64,000 nucleotides of DNA, from NCBI GenBank assembly GCA_022865305.1, contig JALHSP010000060.1, forward strand, positions 39,515 to 103,514, given 5' to 3'. The position numbers were made by a program, and so were the translations under genes. Numbering within the stretch: the stretch's first letter is position 1; every line of letters starts with the position of its first letter. Positions 10,835 to 20,925 of the stretch are shown in pieces. Below the pieces are notes generated by a model that was not told the DNA's origin, searched no databases, and was given only the letters and a program-made list of their open reading frames with translations. Origin of the DNA: Bacteroidales bacterium. Its GTDB lineage: Bacteria; Bacteroidota; Bacteroidia; Bacteroidales; VadinHA17.

Positions 10835-12178
10835 TTACATGTTACTCAATAGTTTGTCAAGTGCAAGCTTTGTCTGCAGAAGATTCATCAGGGCGGATAT
10901 GTAATTGTTTTCCGCCTGAAGGTAAAGTGAGTTCGCCTGTGTCAGATCGAGGCTGGAGGCCATTCCCTGCTTGAATTTGTTTTCGGTGCTGGTATAAACT
11001 CTTTTCGAAACATCAATGTTGGCCTTCTGTAAATTATATTGTTCACGGGCACTCACCAGGTTGTACCTTAACTGCTTTTCCTGCAGCAATAGCTGCTCCG
11101 TGACCATTTCCCTTCCAGTACGGGTCTTCTCAAGGTTTATCTGGGCTTGTTTTATCTTTGAATATCTGGTGCCAGTGGCAAATATCGGAACCGACAGCTG
11201 GAGCCCGATAATTGAGTTTGGGAACCAACTCATACTGTTGAGTTTGTTACCCATCCCGTTCTCAGAATAGGTATAAAAACCTGATAGCGAAGGCATTATC
11301 GTTGATTTTTGCATTTTTAACGATAGCTCTGACATCTGCTCCTGACTTGCAACCAGTTTGTAACTAAGGTTCCCCTTTACATCAAATCCAGTAGAAAGAA
11401 TCTGGGCAATATTAACCTTTTCCACTATCGACTCCAGCGATTCTGTAAGAATGATCCTGGTTTCAGGTGAAACGCCCAACAGAAACCTGAGCATGTTATA
11501 ATTCACCTCGAGGGTCCTCTCCATCGAGCTTTTGGTATTCTCCATCATCGAAACGTTTGATACCATCTGGTCAACATCGGTTGCTTCAGCCATTCCTGCA
11601 GAAAGCATGGAGCGGATCGACTTCAGTGTCTCATTCAGAACGGCAATATTACCGTCAAGTATTTTCATTGACTCGACCGATACCAGTATAAGATAATAAC
11701 TTATTATCACCGATTCCTTTGTATCCTGCTCTGCCCTTTCAACATTAAGGCCGGAAAGTTTCTTTGCCAGGGTTGCTGTCTGAATTCCTACAATATAAGG
11801 CGCATTAAAGATCGCTGTTGAGGCGGTTACTCCATACGATAAATCATACGTCGTCCCAAATTTGAATGCAGTTTGAACTCCATTCATGTCAATAATCCTG
11901 GTCATTATAATCAGGTTGTCATTTATGGAGGCGCTGGTGTTGACCTGTAAGAGGCCTGCAGAAATCGCTTCCCAGAGTCCATATCTTGATGCCTCAGCAT
12001 CATATTTGGCTGACTTTATGCTCTTATTGTATGCCAGGGCATAATCATGAGCCTCCTTGAGAGAAAGTTTCAGTTCACCGCTGTTTTCCTGTGCCAGTGA
12101 AATGGTTCCGGGGAAAAGCAGTAAAAATGAGGCTGCTATTAAAAATTTGCTTTTCATATAATCTGTTTTATTCTTCAT
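10835..12178 (-). CDS. TolC-family outer membrane efflux protein
   Basis: Signal peptide, LSLKEA, GLQLSVPIF, FKQGMASSLDL; operon context. Start may be 12157. Confidence 0.92.
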   Translation of the reverse strand: MKNKTDYMKSKFLIAASFLLLFPGTISLAQENSGELKLSLKEAHDYALAYNKSIKSAKYDAEASRYGLWEAISAGLLQVNTSASINDNLIIMTRIIDMNGVQTAFKFGTTYDLSYGVTASTAIFNAPYIVGIQTATLAKKLSGLNVERAEQDTKESVIISYYLILVSVESMKILDGNIAVLNETLKSIRSMLSAGMAEATDVDQMVSNVSMMENTKSSMERTLEVNYNMLRFLLGVSPETRIILTESLESIVEKVNIAQILSTGFDVKGNLSYKLVASQEQMSELSLKMQKSTIMPSLSGFYTYSENGMGNKLNSMSWFPNSIIGLQLSVPIFATGTRYSKIKQAQINLEKTRTGREMVTEQLLLQEKQLRYNLVSAREQYNLQKANIDVSKRVYTSTENKFKQGMASSLDLTQANSLYLQAENNYISALMNLLQTKLALDKLLSNM

Positions 12179-12208
12179 TCAATTTATGTTGCTTTATAAA
12201 GAGATTAA

Positions 12209-12814
12209 TTATTTTTTCTTTTCATGGAAGTTTATAAGATCAAGACCTTTTTGTGTCGATATCCCCCTCAGGTAGTTGAGATAAAAATTCCTGATAACAT
12301 CTTTATTAAGAAAATCATCGGGAGGGAAAACACTCTTATCATTTGACATGCGTGCCACCTCCAGCATGCATTTATTGATAATCTCGACATCAATGTCCTT
12401 CCTGAAAACGCCCTCTCTGATGCCTCGCTCTATGATTTCCGAATTATTATTGATATACGGAAGCTCATTCAGTTCATCGAGTTTTTTCATTACATCATGA
12501 TGATGACGTTTCATATCCATCTGAAAAGCCGGACTCATATTCTGAAAATGATCCCTCATCAGATCTAGCATTTTAAAAATGGCTTCAATTACATTTTCTG
12601 ACTCATTAAGTATTTTTGTCATTACCTCCCGTTGCCTGACAGCCATCCATCTGAGTACACCCCTGAGCAGTTCATCTTTATCTTTGAACACCTCGTAAAT
12701 TGTCCTTTTCGAGATACCCATATGATTTGCAAGCATATCCATCGTTACTGCCCTTAACCCATAAGTCCGGAACATCAATGCAGCATCTTCTATTATTCTT
12801 TGCCTGTAATCCAT
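12209..12814 (-). CDS. TetR/AcrR family regulator
   Basis: VTMDMLANHMGISKRTIYEVFKDKDEL helix-turn-helix. Confidence 0.95.
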   Translation of the reverse strand: MDYRQRIIEDAALMFRTYGLRAVTMDMLANHMGISKRTIYEVFKDKDELLRGVLRWMAVRQREVMTKILNESENVIEAIFKMLDLMRDHFQNMSPAFQMDMKRHHHDVMKKLDELNELPYINNNSEIIERGIREGVFRKDIDVEIINKCMLEVARMSNDKSVFPPDDFLNKDVIRNFYLNYLRGISTQKGLDLINFHEKKK

Positions 12815-12841
12815 CTTTAAAATTAAAACGCTGCAAAAATG

Positions 12842-12871
12842 AGAAAACTATTTTAGTTTACAAAGTTTTCT
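12842..12871. promoter_or_regulatory. Putative TetR operator
   Basis: Inverted repeat agaaaact-N14-agttttct plus overlapping aaacta-ttt-tagttt just upstream of tetR. Confidence 0.5.
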
Positions 12872-12930
12872 TAGCTAAATTCCGGTTATTTTCAGTAAAA
12901 AGCTGAAATTTACCGGTGAATGGAGGTACG

Positions 12931-12960
12931 GCCCCCCTATATAGGGGGGTTGGGGGGTTA
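12931..12960. repeat. Partial G/C-rich hairpin element
   Basis: cccccctatatagggggg followed by ttgggggtt; resembles the right half of the 6116 and 31110 elements. Confidence 0.55.
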
Positions 12961-12998
12961 GCTACTTGACCATAAAGCCGTTTTATAAACTAAATACT

Positions 12999-13799
12999 AT
13001 GACAAACTCCAGACTTATCTACCAGGTCGACGCATTCACCGACCAGCCGTTTAAAGGAAATCCTGCCGGTGTATGCATTCTTGAAAAAGAAATGCCGGAT
13101 GAATGGATGCAGAATGTCGCTGCAGAAATGAATTTATCAGAGACTGCATTTATTATCAGAGTAAAGAAGGAATACCTGATAAGGTTTTTTTCTCCCGAAG
13201 CTGAGATACCACTTTGCGGTCATGCGACTCTCTCTTCTGCCCATATTATGTTTGAGGCAGGTGTGGTGAGCAGAAAAGAAAAAATTACATTCCTGTCAAA
13301 ATCCGGCAAATTAATTATAGGTAATTCAGGCAGCTGGATAATAATGAATTTCCCTTCATATCCTCTTAAGCCAATTAAAATACCTGGGGGAATCAATAAA
13401 ATTATTGGCATAAAACCTGTAGAACTTTATCGGACAGGACACGGATGGACCTTTGCACTTTTAAAAAACGAATATGAAGTCAGGGATCTGAAACCTGATT
13501 TTAAGCTAATGAAAAACTCGGAATTCGGAGACCTTATCGTAACTGCACCTTCCGCAGACAGAAACTATGATTTCTGTGTACGGTGCTTTGCTCCTGCGCT
13601 TGGTATTGATGAAGATCCGGTGACAGGATCGGCACATTGCGCACTGGTTCCATTCTGGTATGATAAAACCGGGAAGAAGGAATTTGTTTCCCATCAGGTA
13701 TCAAGTAGAGGTGGCATTTTAAGAGTGAAAAAGAAGGGCGACAGGGTAGAAATTTCCGGGCAGGCAAGAACAATATTTAGGGCTGAGTTATTTGTGTAA
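12999..13799 (+). CDS. PhzF-family isomerase
   Basis: QVDAFT..FKGNPAGV, EMNLSETAF, LCGHATL, EDPVTGSAH; ATG 12999 preferred over TTG 12966. Confidence 0.93.
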   Translation: MTNSRLIYQVDAFTDQPFKGNPAGVCILEKEMPDEWMQNVAAEMNLSETAFIIRVKKEYLIRFFSPEAEIPLCGHATLSSAHIMFEAGVVSRKEKITFLSKSGKLIIGNSGSWIIMNFPSYPLKPIKIPGGINKIIGIKPVELYRTGHGWTFALLKNEYEVRDLKPDFKLMKNSEFGDLIVTAPSADRNYDFCVRCFAPALGIDEDPVTGSAHCALVPFWYDKTGKKEFVSHQVSSRGGILRVKKKGDRVEISGQARTIFRAELFV

Positions 13800-13826
13800 A
13801 AATGGTACGAAGGCTCAGAGGCGCCT

Positions 13827-15077
13827 TTATCTATACAGATAGACGAATCCCCGATGTTCCTTACTATCGTATATGACATCATCCCACCCGTAAGCACGTA
13901 TTATATAGAAATATACGCCGGGGCTGGCTTTTATTGAGGAGTTGTTGATATTCCCATCCCAGCCTGTCCACTCTTTAAGAATTTCCCCTTCACCATAGAA
14001 TCCATACACTTTAATGCCTGACCGGCTGAAGACCTCCACACTGATAAACCTTAGCGATTTTGAATCGACCATGAACAAGTCGTTATAGCCATCGCCGTCA
14101 GGAGTAAAAACATTAGGAATATTTAAAGATGACAGATCAACCACTATTTTATCGAACCTCAGTGAATCAATACAACGGAGTTCGCTTTCTATAGTCAGCA
14201 ATACAGAGTAATCGCCCGGCTTATAATAAATATGTGGCGGCGGATCCTGGAGGTAAGAAACAGAATCGTCACCAAACTCCCATTTATAAATATAACCCCG
14301 AATTGATTTGTTTGTAAAATTGACTTCCAGCGGTGCCTCTCCCTCAGTAGGATCAGGTGTAAAATCAGCCTTAACATGTATCGACTCATAAAAGAATGAT
14401 GATTCGCTGCTGCATCCAAGGCTGAATACCTGAAATTTATAAGTTACATCCTCCATGGGTAACCTGTAGATTTTATTTGGAGGTGGTGTATTCGTAATTA
14501 TCGGATCTAAGTAATAATCGGGAACCGGGATAAAAGATGAAGGTGATGAAGACCATAAAAATGTAATCTCGTTATCTAATGAAAGAGACGAACCATTATA
14601 AATATTCCTGTAAAAGAAATTATGGATTGCAGCAGCAGTATCTCCGTTCAAAGCAATCCTGTCACACAATCGTTGTTGTAAACCAGCTGCTGCAATTGGT
14701 GGTTCATCAAAAAAAATCCATCCTACAAGGCTTGTATCATAAAATCCGGCACTATCAATATTCACTTTATAACCGCCTTCAGTAAGGTTTTCAACTGAAG
14801 AATTAATTACACCGGATTCTGATTTCATAGATGTACTGAAACTATTGGTCCCGTTATTCCACTTGTACCATGAAAAATTAAATGGTCCTGCACCCTCTGG
14901 ACTGCTTGCAGTCAGTTTTCCTCTCTCAGTTCCTGTCTTATTGCAATAAAAAAAGGCAGGATCCTTTGGCGAGTACGAAGTATATCTTACTGTGTTCGAT
15001 CCGGGAGCAGTCAGCTGGGCCAGCAACGACAACGGCATTATCAGTATTACAAATAAAAGCCAAAAACGCACAGGCAA
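13827..15077 (-). CDS. T9SS type-B cargo: PKD domain plus gliding-motility-associated C-terminal domain
   Basis: PKD motif YKWEFGD...HIYYKPGDYSVLL; CTD IPNVFTPDGDGYND...WDG...GVYFY...GFVYLYR. Confidence 0.88.
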   Translation of the reverse strand: MPVRFWLLFVILIMPLSLLAQLTAPGSNTVRYTSYSPKDPAFFYCNKTGTERGKLTASSPEGAGPFNFSWYKWNNGTNSFSTSMKSESGVINSSVENLTEGGYKVNIDSAGFYDTSLVGWIFFDEPPIAAAGLQQRLCDRIALNGDTAAAIHNFFYRNIYNGSSLSLDNEITFLWSSSPSSFIPVPDYYLDPIITNTPPPNKIYRLPMEDVTYKFQVFSLGCSSESSFFYESIHVKADFTPDPTEGEAPLEVNFTNKSIRGYIYKWEFGDDSVSYLQDPPPHIYYKPGDYSVLLTIESELRCIDSLRFDKIVVDLSSLNIPNVFTPDGDGYNDLFMVDSKSLRFISVEVFSRSGIKVYGFYGEGEILKEWTGWDGNINNSSIKASPGVYFYIIRAYGWDDVIYDSKEHRGFVYLYR

Positions 15078-15163
15078 TCTGAAATTTAAATAATAACGGA
15101 TTATATATACCTATTTGTATAATCCCCTGCAATATTAATAAAATCCAATCATATTTTTATTAG

Positions 15164-15195
15164 CCGCAGCACCGTGATGCATCACCGTGCTACGG
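15164..15195. repeat. 32-bp imperfect palindrome (GTAG/CTAC-type REP-like)
   Basis: ccgcagcaccgtgatgcatcaccgtgctacgg, two mismatched pairs. Confidence 0.55.
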
Positions 15196-15304
15196 ATGGA
15201 TTCTTGTTAATAAATAATCCGATATTCATTCCGGATTTTCTGTTTCATTGATCGTGATATTGTTAAATTTGTTTCTTCCGGTATGCTGTAATTCTGAAAA
15301 ATAA

Positions 15305-17560
15305 ATGATCCATAACTATCTCAACGATCTGAATGATGCTCAGCAGAAAGCAGTTATAAATACTGAAGGCCCTGCACTTGTGATTGCAGGTGCCGGTGCC
15401 GGGAAAACACGGGTGCTTACTTACCGGATTGCTCATCTATTAAACAAAGGAGTCCCTGCCGGGAAAATACTTGCACTTACTTTTACAAACAAAGCTGCAG
15501 GCGAAATGAAGGGGAGAATAGCAGGGATTGCCGGTCCCGAGATTGCCCGGTACCTGTGGATGGGAACCTTTCACTCAATTTTTGCCAGGATTCTCAGGAT
15601 TGAAGGGGAGAGGCAGGGATACAAGCCAAATTATACAATTTATGATGCGTCTGACTCTAAAAGCCTTATCAGATCAATAATAAAAGAACTTAACCTGGAT
15701 GATAACATTTATAAACCAGGTGCAATTGCTGCAAGAATATCCACTGCAAAAAATAACCTGGTAACTGCAAGTATGTATTCGGCTGATCATGGTATGCGCG
15801 AATATGATAATGCAAGCCGTATGCACCTTATGGCTGATATTTACCGAATATATGCGATGCGCTGCTTTAAGGCTAATGCTATGGATTTTGACGACCTCCT
15901 CATGAATACAAATATACTGTTCAGGGATTTCCCTGAAGTACTCGCTGCTTATCAGGACAGATTCAGATATATTCTGGTGGATGAATACCAGGATACAAAC
16001 TATTCACAATATCTGATAGTTAAAAAGCTTGCAGCGGTGCACAGGAATTTATGCGTAGTGGGTGATGATGCACAAAGCATCTACTCCTTTCGTGGCGCCC
16101 GGATTGAGAATATCCTGGAATTCAGGAATGATTACACTGATTATCAGCTTTTCAAACTTGAACAAAATTACCGGTCAACCCAGACAATAGTCAATGCCGC
16201 CAATGAGATCATTGCAAATAACGATGGCCAGATACAGAAGGTAGTATATTCGAAAAATGAACCCGGAGAAAGGATCATGGTCTTGCAGGCGCTAACCGAT
16301 ATGGAGGAAGGATTTAATATTGCATCTGATATTTTTGATAAAAGATTTTCACAACAGTTGAACTGGTCAGATTTTGCTGTTCTCTACAGGACAAATGCCC
16401 AGAGCAGAATATTTGAGGAGACACTCCGCAGAAAAAATATTCCTTATAAAATTTATGGCGGTTTATCATTTTATGAACGAAAAGAGATAAAGGATATTCT
16501 TGCTTATTTCAGAATGGTCATAAATCATGAAGATGAAGAGGCACTGAAAAGATCAATCAACTATCCTAAAAGAGGTATTGGAGATACAACTGTGCAAAAG
16601 ATCTTTGAACTGTCGGCTGAACTGAATATTACACCATGGAGCATTATCGCGGAAAGCGGGAAATACATCGAACATTTTAATGCCGGAACTCTAAAGAAAC
16701 TGCTGGGTTATGTTGAAATGATAAATACTTTTTCGCTTAACTGTGGAACCCTGGATGCTTTTGTAAAAGCCAAAGAGATAGCATTCGGTTCCGGAATAAT
16801 GAAGGAACTGAGAGACGGGAAACTACCCGAGGAGATAAGCCGTATTGAAAATATCGAGGAGCTGCTGAATGGGATAAAGATATTCACTGAAGGTGCCGAA
16901 ACCAACGGTGAACCATCAACACTTGAAGCATATCTGGCCAATGTCGCATTGCTGACTGATCAGGATAATGAAAAAGATGAAGACCGTGATAAAGTCACCC
17001 TGATGACGATGCATTCAGCTAAAGGATTGGAATTCAAACATGTATACATTGTCGGAATGGAAGATACACTTTTCCCGTCCCCCTTGTCAGCCGGCAGTGC
17101 CCGCGAGCTCGAGGAAGAGAGACGCCTGTTCTATGTAGCTCTAACCCGTGCTGAAAAGCAGGCAACGCTGAGCTATGCGCTTAACAGGTATAAATGGGGA
17201 AATCTTGAAAGAAGTAATCCAAGCAGGTTCCTGCATGAAATTGATAAGAAATTCTTAAACTTTCCTCAGACAGGAGGTAAACCTTTCAGAACATCCTTTC
17301 TTCGCGAGGAGCCTCAGCCTTATCCTGCAAGAGCAAGGCTTAAAAAAGCCGGAAATTACCTTGCACAAAACTCCACATCCTTTAGTGGCAGTGATCCATC
17401 AGAGTTTTCAGAAGGCGATGCCGTACTTCATGACAGATTTGGTAACGGATTGATTGTTTCCATCGAAGGGGAACCTCCAAACACTACTGCCTCTGTAGAA
17501 TTCGAAACAAATGGCAGGAAAAAGCTTCTGCTCAGGTTTGCTAAGCTGAAGAAGATTTGA
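15305..17560 (+). CDS. pcrA: ATP-dependent DNA helicase PcrA/UvrD
   Basis: AGAGAGKT, LVDEYQDTN, VGDDAQSIYSFRGA, MTMHSAKGLEF, EERRLFYVALTRA; C-terminal Tudor-like domain. Confidence 0.93.
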   Translation: MIHNYLNDLNDAQQKAVINTEGPALVIAGAGAGKTRVLTYRIAHLLNKGVPAGKILALTFTNKAAGEMKGRIAGIAGPEIARYLWMGTFHSIFARILRIEGERQGYKPNYTIYDASDSKSLIRSIIKELNLDDNIYKPGAIAARISTAKNNLVTASMYSADHGMREYDNASRMHLMADIYRIYAMRCFKANAMDFDDLLMNTNILFRDFPEVLAAYQDRFRYILVDEYQDTNYSQYLIVKKLAAVHRNLCVVGDDAQSIYSFRGARIENILEFRNDYTDYQLFKLEQNYRSTQTIVNAANEIIANNDGQIQKVVYSKNEPGERIMVLQALTDMEEGFNIASDIFDKRFSQQLNWSDFAVLYRTNAQSRIFEETLRRKNIPYKIYGGLSFYERKEIKDILAYFRMVINHEDEEALKRSINYPKRGIGDTTVQKIFELSAELNITPWSIIAESGKYIEHFNAGTLKKLLGYVEMINTFSLNCGTLDAFVKAKEIAFGSGIMKELRDGKLPEEISRIENIEELLNGIKIFTEGAETNGEPSTLEAYLANVALLTDQDNEKDEDRDKVTLMTMHSAKGLEFKHVYIVGMEDTLFPSPLSAGSARELEEERRLFYVALTRAEKQATLSYALNRYKWGNLERSNPSRFLHEIDKKFLNFPQTGGKPFRTSFLREEPQPYPARARLKKAGNYLAQNSTSFSGSDPSEFSEGDAVLHDRFGNGLIVSIEGEPPNTTASVEFETNGRKKLLLRFAKLKKI

Positions 17561-17706
17561 CTCCCTAATCCCCCCTCTGTGTCCTCATGTACTCACCCCC
17601 CAAATCCCCTCACCTTTTATATTACCTCGCCCTAAATCCCTCTTTTTTCTTTCACCTCACCCCATACCCCTCTCCTTCAGGAGAAGGGGGTCAGGGGGAT
17701 GAGGTA
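17560..17706. repeat. Cluster of G/C-rich hairpin element halves
   Basis: Four tandem left-end-like motifs, one containing ctcatgtactcacccccc (exact reverse complement of the right end of the 6116 element), then cccctctccttcaggagaaggggtcagggggatgaggt. Confidence 0.7.
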
Positions 17707-17787
17707 AGTTAACCAGCAGAAAAAGAAAAAGCCTGCTTTAACGGCAGGCAGGAATGAGGAAAACTAAAGAAGAATGGGTGATTCTTT

Positions 17788-18540
17788 TTAAGCTGCAATC
17801 TGCTCAACTGGTTTCTCTTTCTCAAGAAGAACCGCCTGATAAAGTGATGCAAAGGAGCTTGATATCCAGATTAATGCAGGGAAAACGCCGACAAGAAACA
17901 GGATCAGGCCAAAAATGATGATGAAAAAAGATACAAAACCCATCAGGAATATGGTCCAGCCATGGCCCCTGGTAAGTCTCCAGCTCAACTCGACAGCTTC
18001 AATCGGATCAAGCTTCTTATCCATTACTATATATGGTACAAAAGCAAGTCTGCACGCAATTATTATGCCCGGTACAATGAGAGCAAATAAACCCAGGACC
18101 ACCAGGGCAATCACCAGAAGATTGGCAAGAATTATATTCAGATAGTTTTGCCAGAATCCCCTGATCAGTAATTCAAAATCAGGCTTAACTTTTCTGACTG
18201 CCTGGACAAAAATCATTTTACCGCCATACTTTACAACCGGTAATGCCAGAAAAACATAAAGTAAAGCAATCAAACCGATAAAAACTGCAAATACACCAAT
18301 CGATGCAAGCCCGAAAATCTGTTCCCAGTCACCTTCCCATTTCCACGGGAAATTGTGAAAATCCGAGCCATCGAAATGGAAATCTAAACCTTTCATCGGA
18401 CCTGTCAGTATGGCCAGGACGAAAACTACCAGGAATAACCTCAGGAAATTATCCGACATTACTCTCCATCCGGCACCAAAGCTGTCACCAAAGGTTGGAA
18501 TCAATTTGTATTCTTTATTTGTTTCCATAGTTACATTCAT
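17788..18540 (-). CDS. Integral membrane protein (DUF975-like)
   Basis: Hydrophobic; LIVPGIIIACRLAFVPYIVMD...EAVELSWRLTRGH. Confidence 0.7.
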   Translation of the reverse strand: MNVTMETNKEYKLIPTFGDSFGAGWRVMSDNFLRLFLVVFVLAILTGPMKGLDFHFDGSDFHNFPWKWEGDWEQIFGLASIGVFAVFIGLIALLYVFLALPVVKYGGKMIFVQAVRKVKPDFELLIRGFWQNYLNIILANLLVIALVVLGLFALIVPGIIIACRLAFVPYIVMDKKLDPIEAVELSWRLTRGHGWTIFLMGFVSFFIIIFGLILFLVGVFPALIWISSSFASLYQAVLLEKEKPVEQIAA

Positions 18541-18604
18541 TTTTAAATAATATTATTTGAGTATTTCAAAGCAAATGTAAACCCTGTTTTTCCAACAGAC
18601 TTAA

Positions 18605-18661
18605 TACTATAGTAGTGATTTTTCAGATTCCTACTTAAGTATGGGATGCAATACTTTAGTA
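18605..18661. promoter_or_regulatory. Three TACTnnAGTA palindromes, putative LuxR-type operators
   Basis: tactatagta 18605, tacttaagta 18632, tactttagta 18652 in the divergent intergenic region. Confidence 0.6.
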
Positions 18662-18711
18662 GTGCTTATTTTTTATTCAGGCATTTAAAGCGATTTTTAT
18701 ACCTTTATATT

Positions 18712-19644
18712 ATGTTAACCATTCTGGTGTACCTGATTTTTATTTTATCTGTTGCACTTTCTGCAGGCGGTATTATTCTGACATCAAGGTTAAGGAATAC
18801 CTATAAATCAGAAATTTTTTCCACTCTTCTGTACTACCAGGTCTTCATTTATACTTTCGGCTTTTATGGAATATGGGGGCAGGTTGTCATAAAGGCATTT
18901 CTCTCTTCCTATATATCAGCTGATCTTCTGGCAAGATTTTCAAATATTGCCTTGCTCCTTGGATTACCATTCCTGGTCTTCGCCTGGCTAATGCTTATTC
19001 AGTTTACATCCGGTCTTTCAGGAAAGAGAAACAATAAATGGTTTATCTTCTGGTTCCTGTTTATTAATTTTTCAATATTAGTTTCCCTGGGATATGTAAT
19101 AGCAAAGACAACTAAAATAAATCCTGGTTCGCTTATCAGGAATTACTTTATTGTAATGAACCTGATTTATACATTTCTGGCTTCATATCTGGTACATTTC
19201 CCATGGAAAGGTCGTTCAGTTATTCATGATTATGACCGAAGGATAGTTGCCCCTGCAATCTTTTTGATAATGTTAGTTCAATGTGTTCCTCTCCTGTTTT
19301 ATACTACTCAATTCTGGATTGCCTTTATCTTTATTTTTACATTTTTCATAGGAAATACATTCCTGCCGGTCTACTTCAATTACGGGACGCTGTTAACAGC
19401 TTTCAGTGGAGAAAGGGCGACAGACATTTCTTTCGAAGAATTCTGCAATAAATTCGAAGTTTCGCCCCGCGAGACTGACATCATACGGGAAATATGTAAT
19501 GGACTGAGTAACAAAGAGATATCAGACAAGTTGTTTATCAGCCTTCAGACTGTCAAAGATCATACACACCGGATTTATATCAAAACTAATGTTAAAAGCC
19601 GGGTTCAGCTGATAAACCTGGTAAAGGAATTAAAGATTCTATAA
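18712..19644 (+). CDS. Membrane-anchored LuxR-family regulator
   Basis: About 7 TM segments then SPRETDIIREICNGLSNKEISDKLFISLQTVKDH; ATG 18712 preferred. Confidence 0.9.
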   Translation: MLTILVYLIFILSVALSAGGIILTSRLRNTYKSEIFSTLLYYQVFIYTFGFYGIWGQVVIKAFLSSYISADLLARFSNIALLLGLPFLVFAWLMLIQFTSGLSGKRNNKWFIFWFLFINFSILVSLGYVIAKTTKINPGSLIRNYFIVMNLIYTFLASYLVHFPWKGRSVIHDYDRRIVAPAIFLIMLVQCVPLLFYTTQFWIAFIFIFTFFIGNTFLPVYFNYGTLLTAFSGERATDISFEEFCNKFEVSPRETDIIREICNGLSNKEISDKLFISLQTVKDHTHRIYIKTNVKSRVQLINLVKELKIL

Positions 19645-20271
19645 AACTTGCCCGGGAAATTCGAGGTAAACAATAACAGGACCGCCCTTAAATTCAAGGG
19701 AAAAACTTTTACCTACCGCCTCATTCAGCGTTGCCACCCACCAGTTTTCTATTTTCCTGTTTTTAAGTGGGAATTTTAATCCTTTTGAGGTTATTTCGTT
19801 TGCAGGGTCGATTGAAAATATTGAGACCTGTTGCCCCGGATATGATGATACTTTGCAGCTTTCGCGGAAAGGACGGATGATTCCGGTATCTGTTACCATA
19901 ACAACATCAGCGTCTTTAACATATTCCGCAAGTAATGAAATGTTTCCGACAGTATGATCTTCCCTTTTACCTGTTGCACCCAGAATAATGATCTCTTTGA
20001 ATCCCCTCATGACACACCATTTGACCGCTTTGGTCAGATCGTTGGTTTCCTGGCTCTTATCGCGATAGATACGGTCAGAAAACCTCTTTGCAATCCCCTT
20101 TTTAAGTGAATCCATATCACCCACAATGGCTTCAGGAATAATTCCTGTTTTTAAAAGATTTTCTGCACTTCCGTCGCAGCAGATAATTCTTTCCGCGTTA
20201 GTGAGATATCCAAGTGGAATTTCATGCTCAGGGAAACTGCCATCCGCAAGTATGATTGTATTTGAAGACAT
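19639..20271 (-). CDS. thiN: Thiamine diphosphokinase
   Basis: ICCDGSA, IVGDMDS, QETNDLTKA, LGATGKREDHTVGNI. Confidence 0.93.
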   Translation of the reverse strand: MSSNTIILADGSFPEHEIPLGYLTNAERIICCDGSAENLLKTGIIPEAIVGDMDSLKKGIAKRFSDRIYRDKSQETNDLTKAVKWCVMRGFKEIIILGATGKREDHTVGNISLLAEYVKDADVVMVTDTGIIRPFRESCKVSSYPGQQVSIFSIDPANEITSKGLKFPLKNRKIENWWVATLNEAVGKSFSLEFKGGPVIVYLEFPGQVL

Positions 20272-20340
20272 GGCAATAAAGATACATTATTTCTTTAAAA
20301 TTCATATTTATTATATTTTTGGTAATCGAAAAATATAATC

Positions 20341-20868
20341 ATGCGTACCATTTCAATATTTTTTATTATTGCAGGCTTCATAGTTGCCTGCTCACAAAAA
20401 GCCGGAACCGGCAAGACTGTTAATTCGCCGGAAGAGAATGTCAGAAGCCAGGTTATCAGTATCGCCACGGATTATGCATCGGCACAATTAAATAATGCAA
20501 AAAAATCAATTGATAAAGACGGGATCATCAGTATGTCAGGTAATGGATTCAGCTATCTTATCGATCCTTCGAAAATCATTATCAGTGAACTTGATGAAGA
20601 TTCGGAAAAAGATGCCATAGTTCCCCTGAACCTTTTCAGAGGAGTAACACCTGTTAAGACAGACCATTTGATACTGATCAATAAAGAAGGTAAACTGGTG
20701 ATTGCCAAAACGATATACAATGTTATCAAAATCCTGAAAATCGAAGACAGGATAATTGTGGCGGAGGTTACGAAAGTTTCAATGGATTCCCCGACATATG
20801 GCTGTTCTGAATGTATTGAGATAGCAAAATATCAATTCCGGGAAGGTGAACTGGTAAAAATAGAATAG
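20341..20868 (+). CDS. Hypothetical lipoprotein
   Basis: Lipobox IVAC; CSEC near the C-terminus. Confidence 0.7.
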   Translation: MRTISIFFIIAGFIVACSQKAGTGKTVNSPEENVRSQVISIATDYASAQLNNAKKSIDKDGIISMSGNGFSYLIDPSKIIISELDEDSEKDAIVPLNLFRGVTPVKTDHLILINKEGKLVIAKTIYNVIKILKIEDRIIVAEVTKVSMDSPTYGCSECIEIAKYQFREGELVKIE

Positions 20869-20911
20869 CAAAAAAAAGAGGCTGCCCTTTTCGGGAAGCC
20901 TCTTTATTTTT
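20869..20911. terminator. Bidirectional intrinsic terminator
   Basis: A-run, aaagaggct...agcctcttt, T-rich tail; between convergent genes. Confidence 0.8.
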
Positions 20912-20925
20912 ATAAATACAAGCTC

